A DNA stretch of 32,000 nucleotides from Candidatus Saccharimonadota bacterium. GTDB lineage: Bacteria > Pseudomonadota > Gammaproteobacteria > Enterobacterales > Enterobacteriaceae. Below the pieces are notes generated by a model that saw nothing but the letters and a program-made list of their open reading frames with translations, did not search any database and was not told the origin of the DNA. The translations under genes and the position numbers were made by a program. The stretch covers positions 300,001 through 332,000 of the forward strand of contig CP188086.1 in assembly GCA_049942765.1 (NCBI GenBank), given 5' to 3'. Shown here piece by piece: positions 1-10,670 of the stretch (its first letter is position 1; each line of letters opens with the position of its first letter).

Positions 1-1020
1 TCCAAATACTCCTCCATTACTAATTGTAAAGGTTCCACTTGATAAATCTTCAAAAGTAATTTTTCCAGATTCTCCTTTAGATACATATTCTATTATTTTT
101 TTTTCAATATCAGACATACTCATATGATCTACATTTTTTAATACTGGAGTAATCAATCCCTTAGATGTAGAAATAGCAATATTTATATCATAATACAGAT
201 AAGAAATAACGTCTTGATTTTCAATTGAAGCATTCATATCAGGGTATTTTTTTAATGCTTCCACTACAGATTTAACGTAGAAAGACATAAAACCAAGTTT
301 AACATTATGTATTTTTTTAAAATAATCTCCATATCTTTTACGGATTTGAATAATAGAATACATATTAACTTCATTAAAAGTAGTTAACATAGCAGTGTTA
401 TTTTTGGTCAATAATAATCTTTCAGCTATTGTTTGGCGTAAACGACTCATGGGTGTTTTAATTTTTTTTCTATCACTACATATTGATACATTATTATCAA
501 CAGTCTGTATATAATCTGTGTCTGAAATACACTGATTTTGTATATTATTTTGAATATTAATATAATTTTGTATATCTTGTTTAGTAATCCTTCCTTTTAA
601 ACCAGTTCTATGTTTAATATCATCTATAGATATATTATGTTCATTAATAAGTTTTCTAATAGTTGGAGAATTATAATCTTTATATATATTGGAGAGATCT
701 TTAGATACAGGGTTGATATGAACATCATGATTATTAGAAATAGTAGCACTATGATCATTATGATTTATATTCTTGAGTATAGATTCATGAATAATACCTA
801 TAACCTGATTAGGTTTGACAAGTTTTCCTTTATGTTCTAATACTTTATATAAAATACCTGTAACTGGAGAAAGAATTTCTAATACGATTTTATCTGTTTC
901 AATATCTACAATTAATTCATTTGTAAAAATAAAATCACCTTCATTTTTATGCCATAAATGTACTGTAGCATCACTAATAGAATCAGGTAACTCTGGTACT
1001 AAAATATTAATTTTTTTCAT
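1..1020 (-). CDS. sucB: 2-oxoglutarate dehydrogenase E2 (dihydrolipoyllysine-residue succinyltransferase); 3' end cut by the window edge
   Basis: It is absent from the ORF track because it runs off the window. My minus-strand translation from the ATG at 1020..1018 gives MKKINILVPELPDSISDATVHLWHKNEGDFIFTNELIVDIETDKIVLEI (lipoyl domain with the ETDK lipoyl-lysine motif). It continues with ..SPTIRKLINEHNISIDDIKHRTGLKGRITKQDI (E3-binding domain) and, at the window edge, ..SGTFTISNGGVFG (catalytic core). The ATG lies 2 nt after the sucA stop (TAA at 1025..1023), matching the sucA-sucB operon arrangement. Confidence 0.9.
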   Translation of the reverse strand, partial: MKKINILVPELPDSISDATVHLWHKNEGDFIFTNELIVDIETDKIVLEILSPVTGILYKVLEHKGKLVKPNQVIGIIHESILKNINHNDHSATISNNHDVHINPVSKDLSNIYKDYNSPTIRKLINEHNISIDDIKHRTGLKGRITKQDIQNYINIQNNIQNQCISDTDYIQTVDNNVSICSDRKKIKTPMSRLRQTIAERLLLTKNNTAMLTTFNEVNMYSIIQIRKRYGDYFKKIHNVKLGFMSFYVKSVVEALKKYPDMNASIENQDVISYLYYDINIAISTSKGLITPVLKNVDHMSMSDIEKKIIEYVSKGESGKITFEDLSSGTFTISNGGVFG

Positions 1021-1022
1021 TA

Positions 1023-3842
1023 TTATTCTTCTAATATAAAATTGATATGTAACGCATTATTAATTATTTTTTTTTGTTGTTCTTTATGTAAGATTGAATA
1101 TCCAGTTGCTGTAGAAGCAGACATAGGACGCCCTATATAATTTAATGTAGCATTAATAGGAATTATATTGCATATATAATTTTTTATAAATTGCCATGCT
1201 CCTTGATTTTTTGGTTCTTCTTGACACCAAACAAAATCTTTTACGTTGAGATAAGAAGATATTGATTGTTTTATATTATTAGTTGGAAATGGATATAATT
1301 GTTCAATTCTAATAATTGATATATCACATTGTTTATTTACATGTACGCTCTCTAATAAATCATAATATATTTTTCCAGTACAAAAAATAATTCTTTTAAT
1401 ATCGTTATTATTAAAATCCATATTTGATATATGTATTACTTTATTAAATTTTCCATGTAATAAATCGTTAAATGAAGAACAAGAAGGGGTATAACGTAAT
1501 AAATATTTTGGAGTCATAATAATTAATGGTTTAAAAATTTTTTTTAATGTTTGACGACGTAATAAATGATAGAACTGTGCACTAGTAGATGGTACACAAA
1601 TTTGCATGTTGTTTTCAGCACATAATTGTAGAAATCTTTCTATGCGAGCAGATGAATGTTCAGGACCTTGTCCTTCGTACCCGTGAGATAATAATATAAT
1701 TAGATTTGAACACACCCCCCATTTTTGTTCACCAGCACTAATAAATTGATCAATTACTACTTGAGCTACGTTCGCAAAATCACCAAATTGTGCTTCCCAA
1801 ATTGTAATAGTATCTTGTATAGTAATAGAAAATCCATATTCAAAAGCTAATACAGCTTCTTCAGATAATACTGAATTATAAATTTTAAAACGACCTTGTA
1901 AATTACTGATATGTTCTAAAGGAATATATTTTGAATTGTTTTTTTGATCAAAAATTACTGAATGTCGATGAAAAAATGTACCTCTACATGTATCTTCTCC
2001 TGATATTCTACAAGATATTCCTTGTTCTAATATAGTAGCATACGCTAAACTTTCGCTAGCTCCCCAATCAAATAATTTATTTTCTAATGCCATATCCATT
2101 CTATCTTGATACAGTTTTTTTACTCTAGCATGTAAATTAATATTTTTAGGTAATTGGTTGATTTTTATCGCTAGTTTTTTTAACTGAGATGAAGTTATTG
2201 ATTTATATTGAAATTGTTTAGAACACTTTATAATATTTTTATTCATTATATTACTATCAATGACAGTACACTTTTTATATGAAGCAATATCATATTCTTT
2301 TTGTAATTCGGATTGATATTTATTTAATAACTCTATTTTATCATAATTATTACAACATTTTTCATTTAATAACTTTTTAAAAAATAATTCAGGTATTGTT
2401 GTATGTAATTTTATTTTTTTATACATCTGAGGTTGAGTTACTAAAGGGTCATCTATTTCATTGTGTCCATGTCGTCTATAACAAACTAAATCAATGAATA
2501 CATCTTTTTTAAATTTTAATCTAAAATCAAAAGCTAAACGAATAGCAAATATCGCTGATTCTGGATCATCAGCATTGACATGGAAAATTGGAACTTGTAT
2601 CATTTTACCTATATCAGTACAATAATAGGTAGATCTTAGCTCTGTTTGTTCAGAAGTTGTAAAACCAATTTGATTATTAATAATAATACGAATTGTTCCA
2701 CCTACAGTATATGCCTCTGTCTGAGACATATTTAGTACTTCTTGTATTACACCTTGTCCTGTAATTGAAGCATCACCATGAATAGTAATAGGAATTATAT
2801 GGTTATAATGATTACATTTTTTGTTTTCTACTTTTGCTCGAGCAATACCCATAACTACGGGCGTGATTATTTCTAAATGAGATGGGTTATATGTTAATAA
2901 GCATTCTATTTTTTTATGTGAATTAATTAAAATAGTAGAACTATATCCTGCATGATATTTTACATCTCCACTATTATTCCTGTTATGATAATCTTTTTTA
3001 AATTCATTGAATAATTCTTCGTATTTTTTTCCTAGTACATGTGTTAATACATTTAATCGACCTCTATGTGCCATACCTAATACTACTTGTTCAATCTTTT
3101 TTTGTCCTCCATAATGAATAATATCATTTAACATAGGAATTAATACTTCAGCTCCTTCTAAAGAAAATCTTTTGGTACTTGGATATTTTTTAGATAAAAA
3201 TTTTTCTAATAATTCAGCTTTTATTAGTTGCTTTAATATATTTTTTTTTTCTATTTTAGTTAAATAATATTTAACATTATTAGTTTCTATATTATGTTGT
3301 AACCATTTTTTTTCATTGTCATTATTGATGTGCATAAATTCATAACCAATAAAATTACAATATATTTTTTTTAATTTATGATGTAAATCATTTATATTAT
3401 TAAATTTAATATATTCGGTATTATGAATAATGTTATGCAACATATCTTTAGAAAAATTATAGTAAGATATTTCTAGTTTATTTAATAGAGGTTTCTTAAC
3501 ATTCAATAAAGGATTTATATTAGCATATTGATAACCATTCATTCGAAACGCTGTTATAAGAGAATTAATTTTTCTTATTTCTAACATTTTACAACAAATA
3601 TTAAAGTTATTAAGACTACCTTGAAAAACATTTCTAGATGGATAGTAATTGGATGCTTTTTTATCCAACATATTTTCTATATGTAATTTATTCATTGAAT
3701 ATTTTAAAAATATAGAATGCCAACTATCATGTATAGAATGTTTATTTTTTAAAAAACTGAGATATAAATTTTCAAGATATGTGAGATTTATTCCGTTAAG
3801 ACAAGAAAAATTAATTAGTTGTATTATTTTATTATCTATCAT
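1023..3842 (-). CDS. sucA: 2-oxoglutarate dehydrogenase E1 component
   Basis: The 939-aa ORF is close to the ~933 aa I recall for E. coli SucA. Colinear conserved blocks include GMAHRGRLNVL, HGDA..TGQGVIQE, YRRHGHNE.DDP, WEAQFGDFANVAQVVIDQFI and GYEGQGPEHSSARIERFLQL. It lies directly upstream of sucB. An AAGGA Shine-Dalgarno-like motif precedes the ATG. Confidence 0.95.
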   Translation of the reverse strand: MIDNKIIQLINFSCLNGINLTYLENLYLSFLKNKHSIHDSWHSIFLKYSMNKLHIENMLDKKASNYYPSRNVFQGSLNNFNICCKMLEIRKINSLITAFRMNGYQYANINPLLNVKKPLLNKLEISYYNFSKDMLHNIIHNTEYIKFNNINDLHHKLKKIYCNFIGYEFMHINNDNEKKWLQHNIETNNVKYYLTKIEKKNILKQLIKAELLEKFLSKKYPSTKRFSLEGAEVLIPMLNDIIHYGGQKKIEQVVLGMAHRGRLNVLTHVLGKKYEELFNEFKKDYHNRNNSGDVKYHAGYSSTILINSHKKIECLLTYNPSHLEIITPVVMGIARAKVENKKCNHYNHIIPITIHGDASITGQGVIQEVLNMSQTEAYTVGGTIRIIINNQIGFTTSEQTELRSTYYCTDIGKMIQVPIFHVNADDPESAIFAIRLAFDFRLKFKKDVFIDLVCYRRHGHNEIDDPLVTQPQMYKKIKLHTTIPELFFKKLLNEKCCNNYDKIELLNKYQSELQKEYDIASYKKCTVIDSNIMNKNIIKCSKQFQYKSITSSQLKKLAIKINQLPKNINLHARVKKLYQDRMDMALENKLFDWGASESLAYATILEQGISCRISGEDTCRGTFFHRHSVIFDQKNNSKYIPLEHISNLQGRFKIYNSVLSEEAVLAFEYGFSITIQDTITIWEAQFGDFANVAQVVIDQFISAGEQKWGVCSNLIILLSHGYEGQGPEHSSARIERFLQLCAENNMQICVPSTSAQFYHLLRRQTLKKIFKPLIIMTPKYLLRYTPSCSSFNDLLHGKFNKVIHISNMDFNNNDIKRIIFCTGKIYYDLLESVHVNKQCDISIIRIEQLYPFPTNNIKQSISSYLNVKDFVWCQEEPKNQGAWQFIKNYICNIIPINATLNYIGRPMSASTATGYSILHKEQQKKIINNALHINFILEE

Positions 3843-3954
3843 TAATATAAATATCCTTATTTTTTTTATTATAAATATGTAATTTACATGATCTATAGAG
3901 AATAATTAATTTATACTTTATTTATTAAAATCATATACCATATATAAAAAATTT

Positions 3955-4698
3955 TTATGCAATATTTTCAATATTAATAAAAGTACAATCTAAATGAAAT
4001 TTTTTTACTAACCAATTTGTAAGAGCTTGTATACCAAATTTTTCGCTAGCATGATGTCCAATAGAAAAAAAATGTATGTTATTTTCTCGAGCACAATGAA
4101 TTGTATCTTCTGAAAATTCTCCAGTAATAAATGCATCTATATGATGTGATGCGGCTTTATATATTAAAGATTGTCCTTTTCCACTACACCATGCCACTGA
4201 ACTAATTTTATTTTTATTTTTAATATCACAATACAATGGAACTCGACCGAATTCACAAGTAATTTTTTTTATTAAATCCGATGCATATAATGGTGAACAA
4301 AATTCACCATAATAAAGTTTTGAAGATAATACACCTAATACTTTGATATTTAATTTATTAGCAATTTGAATATTATTTCCTAATTTTGAGTGATAATCTA
4401 GAGGTAAATGCCAACTAAATAAATTAATATTGTTAGATAATATTGTTTGTAATCTTGTTTTTTTCATGCCTTGTATTTTTTTTGATTCATTATTCCAAAA
4501 ATAACCATGATGTACAATAATTCCATTTGCTTTTACTTTAACAGCATAATCTAATAGTTCCTGACAAGCAGTAACTCCAGAAATAATTTTAGTAATTTCT
4601 TGACAACCCTCAATTTGAAGTCCATTAGGTGTTTGATCTAAAAATGATATAGAATTTAATTTGTTATTAATGATTTTTTCTAAAATAAAATTTTTCAT
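3955..4698 (-). CDS. ybgI: Nif3-family metal-binding protein (GTP cyclohydrolase 1 type 2 homologue)
   Basis: The 247-aa ORF has the same length as E. coli YbgI as I recall it. Conserved blocks are NGLQIEG, IIVHHGYFW, NLFSWHLPLDYH, AWCSGKGQS, DAFITGE and SIGHHASE. TAAGGT lies just upstream of the ATG. Confidence 0.88.
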   Translation of the reverse strand: MKNFILEKIINNKLNSISFLDQTPNGLQIEGCQEITKIISGVTACQELLDYAVKVKANGIIVHHGYFWNNESKKIQGMKKTRLQTILSNNINLFSWHLPLDYHSKLGNNIQIANKLNIKVLGVLSSKLYYGEFCSPLYASDLIKKITCEFGRVPLYCDIKNKNKISSVAWCSGKGQSLIYKAASHHIDAFITGEFSEDTIHCARENNIHFFSIGHHASEKFGIQALTNWLVKKFHLDCTFINIENIA

Positions 4699-6504
4699 TG
4701 TTACCTTAATTATCCATTTGTATGATTTTCTTTAAATATTTTTAAAATCTTTGTCATATTAACTGGAACTTTTGAAATCATATATTTTTTATGAAAATAA
4801 GTAGATATATTTTAAATTTTTTATTGAAATACATATTTTATTGATATATTTATAGGAATTAAATTATATTCTGATATTTATTTAAAATAAAATATTTGAT
4901 TAAATCATATTTTTATAGTTATCTGAAAAAATTCAATAATTTAAAATATGGAATACTAGTTATAATGTTATAAAAAATCAATTTTTATCTCTATTATTAT
5001 TCAATAATACTATTATTAATTAATTTAGACATAAGTTTTTTTAGTCTTATAGTTATTTATTAAATATTGAATAAAAATTAAAAAGTTATCTTTATATTAT
5101 GAATACGAATGAAATCTAATATGTTTAATAACATTTAGTTAATATAACGATCGAATATTAAAATAGTAATATTTTTTATGTTGTAAGATATTGTTATGTA
5201 ATTTTTAAAGAAAATATACTTATAAAAAAATTATAAATTGGGGAAACATATTTATTTATCAATAAATCTTTAAATGAAAAAGTTAAGTGTAATATTTTTA
5301 CATTAATTGAATCATTCAACTATCTTTATATTTTTAATTAAATAATTAATACAATTATTAATATGTTCATATAAAATTAATTACGTAATAATAATATCTA
5401 TCAAACATTATAGTACAACTATACTAGATATATTAAAAAATATTGTAATATTTAAAAATTATGTCGATGGATATAATGTTTATAAAATGTTTTTAATTTT
5501 TATACAGTAACTAACTTAATCATTAGTACATAAAAATATTAAAATTTTAATATATAAGATTACAATAGAAAATATGTAATAAAAAATAAGATTTTTTGAG
5601 ATTCTACTGTAGAAAGTATATGATATTATGATATATTTTTATTATAAATAATATTTTCATAAAAAATTAAAAATGTAGTATGTCTGATTATAAAAATCAT
5701 ACATATTTTGTGGTAAAAATAATAATTTTTATAAACACCATAAGATACAATATTATATTAATATAATCATATATTAGTTATGGAATATATTTATGAATTA
5801 AATATTTAAATATATAGAACTAATTTTTTACTTAATTTATTAATTTTTTTAACCCATTTATTTAGGTTTTTATAAAAAGATAGAACTTGATTATATTAAA
5901 TTTAGATTATTAAAATATAAATTTATATTTTCTATTATTTTTTAAATCATTACCATATCAAACTTTAATATCATTTAACAAATTTATTTTTATTTATATT
6001 ATAGTAAATGGCTAAAAAAATTAAATGATCATCATTACTAATGATAAATATCATAAATAGTATATATAATAAAAAAAATATAATGTATAGTATTACATAC
6101 TATGTTAATTTGTATATATATTAAAAAATAATTGATGTTTTTATTCTTAGTTTTTTATTTATATTTATAAATATGAATAATCTAATTATTTTGATTTAGC
6201 AAAATGCTAAATATACTACAATAATACTTTTATTTTATTTAAATAAATAATTTATTACTTTAGTAAAAGTATTTATATTATATAAATAGTATTGATATTA
6301 ATACCAAATTAATAACTATGTTAAATTTTTATTAAATAAACGTTATTAAAAATATATCTATATTTTTATAAATAAATAAAGTTAATTAAAATAAGAACAA
6401 ATACTATATGTAGTATTAAAAAATCAAAAATTATAATAAAAATGTTTTAAATAATTTTAGATAAACAAATAATATGTATTATTATATGAATGGTAATTTT
6501 ATTT

Positions 6505-7035
6505 ATGCAAACAATTGGAATTTTTTTTGGTAGTGATACTGGTAATACCGAATCTATAGCGTATTTAATTTGTAATGCTTTAAAACCACATAATTCACAA
6601 GTATATGATATTGCAAATAGTTCTAAAGAAAAGATAGAGAAATTCAATATATTACTATTTGGAATACCTACTTGGTATTATGGAGAAATGCAATGTGACT
6701 GGGAAGATTTTTTACCAACATTTAAAAAAATAAATTTTAATAATAAAATTATTGGATTATTTGGTTGTGGAGATCAAGAAGATTATTCAGAATATTTTTG
6801 CAATGCAATGGGTACAATATATAATTTAATTAAACATCACAATAACGTATATTTAATAGGCGAATGGTCAACTAAAGGATATTTATTTGATGAATCTAAA
6901 GCAGTTTTAAAAAATGATCATTTTTGTGGACTAACATTAGATGAAGATCGACAACCTGAAAAAACTAAATTTAGGATTATGACATGGACTAAACAAATTA
7001 TTAATGAAATCCATGTAATTACAACTAATAATTAA
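6505..7035 (+). CDS. fldA: flavodoxin 1
   Basis: The track ORF starts at 6490 (MVILFMQTIGIFFGSDTGNTE). Alignment to E. coli FldA (MAITGIFFGSDTGNTE..) favours the second ATG at 6505, which gives 176 aa as in E. coli. Conserved blocks are GIPTWYYGE.QCDW, LFGCGDQEDY.EYFC and GL.LDEDRQPE. Confidence 0.9.
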   Translation: MQTIGIFFGSDTGNTESIAYLICNALKPHNSQVYDIANSSKEKIEKFNILLFGIPTWYYGEMQCDWEDFLPTFKKINFNNKIIGLFGCGDQEDYSEYFCNAMGTIYNLIKHHNNVYLIGEWSTKGYLFDESKAVLKNDHFCGLTLDEDRQPEKTKFRIMTWTKQIINEIHVITTNN

Positions 7036-7581
7036 GGTCACAACTTAAACAAAATTAATCTTCTATAATGTTTTGATATGAATAAAAAATGATTATAATT
7101 AATAATATGTAATTCTTACATATTATTTAACAAATTATTTAAGAAATAATTAAATATATTGATATATTGTTTATATTTTTAATAATAAAACAAACATTTT
7201 ATATACATGTTATAAACAATAAAAATTGTATTTCATAAAAATACCATATAACAATTAATATATAATTAGTTTTAATAATTACATGTAATTATTACATATT
7301 ATTAATAATCGAAATTATTTCTGTCTATTTATATAAATAATAATCAAATAACAAATAAATTAAATTTAATCATCATAAAAAATATTTATTGATTTTAAAA
7401 TAACTAGTATCAATATTAGAATTAAGTACAATGTAATTTTTAATGACACATTTAAATAAAAATGTTATTTAAAAAGTTTAAATGTTATTTAAATATTTTA
7501 TTTATAATATAAACATATAAAATGTTATAAATAATTTTTTATTCACGTAACCATAAGTGTTATTCATAACAATGAAATATT

Positions 7582-7622
7582 AACAAAGAACAGTATTTGT
7601 TTGATTAATACTGTTCTTTGTT
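7582..7622. terminator. Perfect 16-bp stem, 9-nt loop hairpin between the convergent fldA and gapA genes; candidate bidirectional intrinsic terminator
   Basis: The left arm is 7582-7597 (aacaaagaacagtatt) and the right arm is 7607-7622 (aatactgttctttgtt), its exact reverse complement, with four G:C pairs. It lies 65 nt downstream of the gapA stop on the minus strand. The flanks are T-rich in both orientations. Confidence 0.6.
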
Positions 7623-7686
7623 TATATTGTTATTGTTACTATCATTACAATAATAAATGAAGTTTCTTTAAATATTATAGTTTTAT

Positions 7687-8745
<1,059 letters not shown>

Positions 8746-9266
8746 TCATATATATCAAACATAACTAATAATTATTTTTAGTTAATATTAACTTATAATT
8801 CTTTATTCAATAAAAATAAACATTTAAAATTATTTATTTAAAACAAAGAATACTTTTAATATAATTGAATGAATTAGAAATAATGAAATATTATGTTGTT
8901 TTTATCATTAATAAAATATTTAATATTTCAAAAAATAAAATTTAAATAGATATTAAACTGAAATTATATTTAATATAGATCAAATATTTTTTGATTGTTA
9001 CGATTATTAAGTAAAATATACATAAAAGTAAATAATGAATATGTTGTTATTAACGTAATATGTAGTCTAGTAATAAACATACTATTTTTTAAGAAAATAA
9101 AAATCAATTTAATGTATAAATTATACTTAATATTTTATTTAATAAAATTAAATTCAATACAAATGTAGTACATACATTCTTGATCTAACGTAATGAATAT
9201 AGTTAGTATAAACTATACTATATATCATAATTTCATTTTTACATAAATATATATTAAACAACATAT

Positions 9267-9302
9267 TATTATTTTTTAACGAATAATCGTTAAAAAATAA
9301 TA
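9267..9302. repeat. Perfect 16-bp stem, 4-nt loop inverted repeat deep inside the gapA-mfd spacer (orphan terminator-like hairpin)
   Basis: The arms are 9267-9282 (tattattttttaacga) and 9287-9302 (tcgttaaaaaataata), exact reverse complements with loop ataa. The core is aacga/tcgtt with two G:C pairs. It is 580 bp or more from any called gene end. The structure is certain; the function is unknown. Confidence 0.5.
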
Positions 9303-10670
9303 TACTAATATTTTTTTAATTATTTTTATTACAAAAAATCTTTTCTCACTGTAGTATACATACATTATAAATTTAATATTTAACTAAGAATTATTCATTT
9401 AACTAAAAATACAATATATGATATGTTTTCAATTAATTAAAACTAAAAAATCAATAATTTATATTTAATATACAACGTTTACAACAACCACTATACATTA
9501 AAAAAATAATTTTCTATTTGCATTGTTTTAAATAAAAGAGTTACTACTATTAATAGTAATATTTATTCTGGTAAAATAATGTTCTTAACTAATAATATAA
9601 TTTAAAAATGATTGTTGAATAACTTATATTTATATAATAATAATATGTAAAAATATTTGTTTTATATTATAAATTCTATTTGATTTATAAAAAAAAATTT
9701 TTCTACATAAAAAATGTATTATTTAATATGAATGAAATTAATAAAAATTTCTATGCATAATATAGGTAATGTATATTATTTCCTTCATTTATTTGTTAAT
9801 TTAATTAACAAAAAATAAAAAATTAATTTAATATATAATATATATGATAATATTCAAAATATATATCACTTCTCATTGACTATTTCAAATGCAATTAAAT
9901 ATCATTTAATATTATTAAGTTAATAACTTATATGTAATTAAACACATGATAAGTCATTAAAAATATAAAATTATTAATATAATTGTAATTTTTTTAAATA
10001 TATTTTATTATAAACAATAAATTTCTATTAATTATAGTTAATATAGATTATAATTAACATTTTATATGTATAAATAGTATTTTATATGTAATTAAAATTA
10101 GTATACTTTTTATTATTATAAATAATACAACGTTCATATATTCAATGTTGTTAATTTAAAATATGATCTATATTTATTATTAATAACATTAAATTAATAT
10201 TTAATAGTGTCATTATTAATAATTTATCAAAATTTAATAATTTTAAAAATGATTAAAAATCATACGTATTAATAATATTTTTATACATAAAAAACTTATT
10301 ATAAAAAAAAGAATAGTATTAAAAAAAATTATATAAATTCAAATAAAAATTTACATTAATAATGAATCTATATGAATACTATGATAAATGACTTAAAAAA
10401 ATATATATTTAACCAATATTAAAATTAATAAAAAATAATATACATTATATATATTAATGTTCATATACATATTACATAATATAATTTAATCATATTTTTA
10501 TGACATAAAATATAATATTATAATTAATAATAAATTATTATAAAAATACAATAAAAATTGCATTAGAAAAAGTACTAAAAATCAATCTTTCTATTACGAC
10601 AAAGAATTAAATTTATATTTAAGTATTATGTTTATAAAAAAAGTAATTATTTATTTCAATATTATATATA

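Noticed and set aside
610-1039. Two plus-strand track ORFs (610..840 and 815..1039)
   Set aside because: They lie antisense within the well-supported sucB coding sequence. Their products are low-complexity I/F/N-rich strings with no recognisable motif. This is typical of shadow ORFs.
3649-3882. Plus-strand 77-aa ORF
   Set aside because: It is antisense to the 5' end of sucA, has no homology signal and has a low-complexity composition.
6447-6647. Minus-strand 66-aa ORF
   Set aside because: It is antisense to the conserved N-terminus of fldA and is a shadow ORF.
7101-7303. A/T-only palindromes after fldA: a 12-bp stem at 7101-7127, a 20-bp palindrome at 7274-7293, and a recurring 12-mer ttacatattatt
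   Set aside because: They are nearly all A:T. My rough expectation is that such stems and 12-mer recurrences arise by chance a few times in 13 kb of ~10% G+C DNA. 7101-7127 could be a weak fldA terminator, but I cannot support that.
7460-7493. Short direct repeats with 20-bp period: aaatgttatttaaa twice at 7460-7493, and (c/t)attttatatgta twice at 10058-10090. I considered them as a possible CRISPR or tandem array.
   Set aside because: There are only two copies each, 12-14 bp long and A/T-only, with no spacer-repeat regularity beyond that. They are consistent with low-complexity slippage duplications.
10371-10421. Mini-ORFs in the spacers, e.g. MNTMINDLKKYIFNQY (from ~10372), MNEINKNFYA (~9728) and MKKLSVIFLH (~5273)
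   Set aside because: They are 10-16 codons long with no SD and no recognisable family. ORFs of this size are expected by chance even in stop-rich AT DNA.
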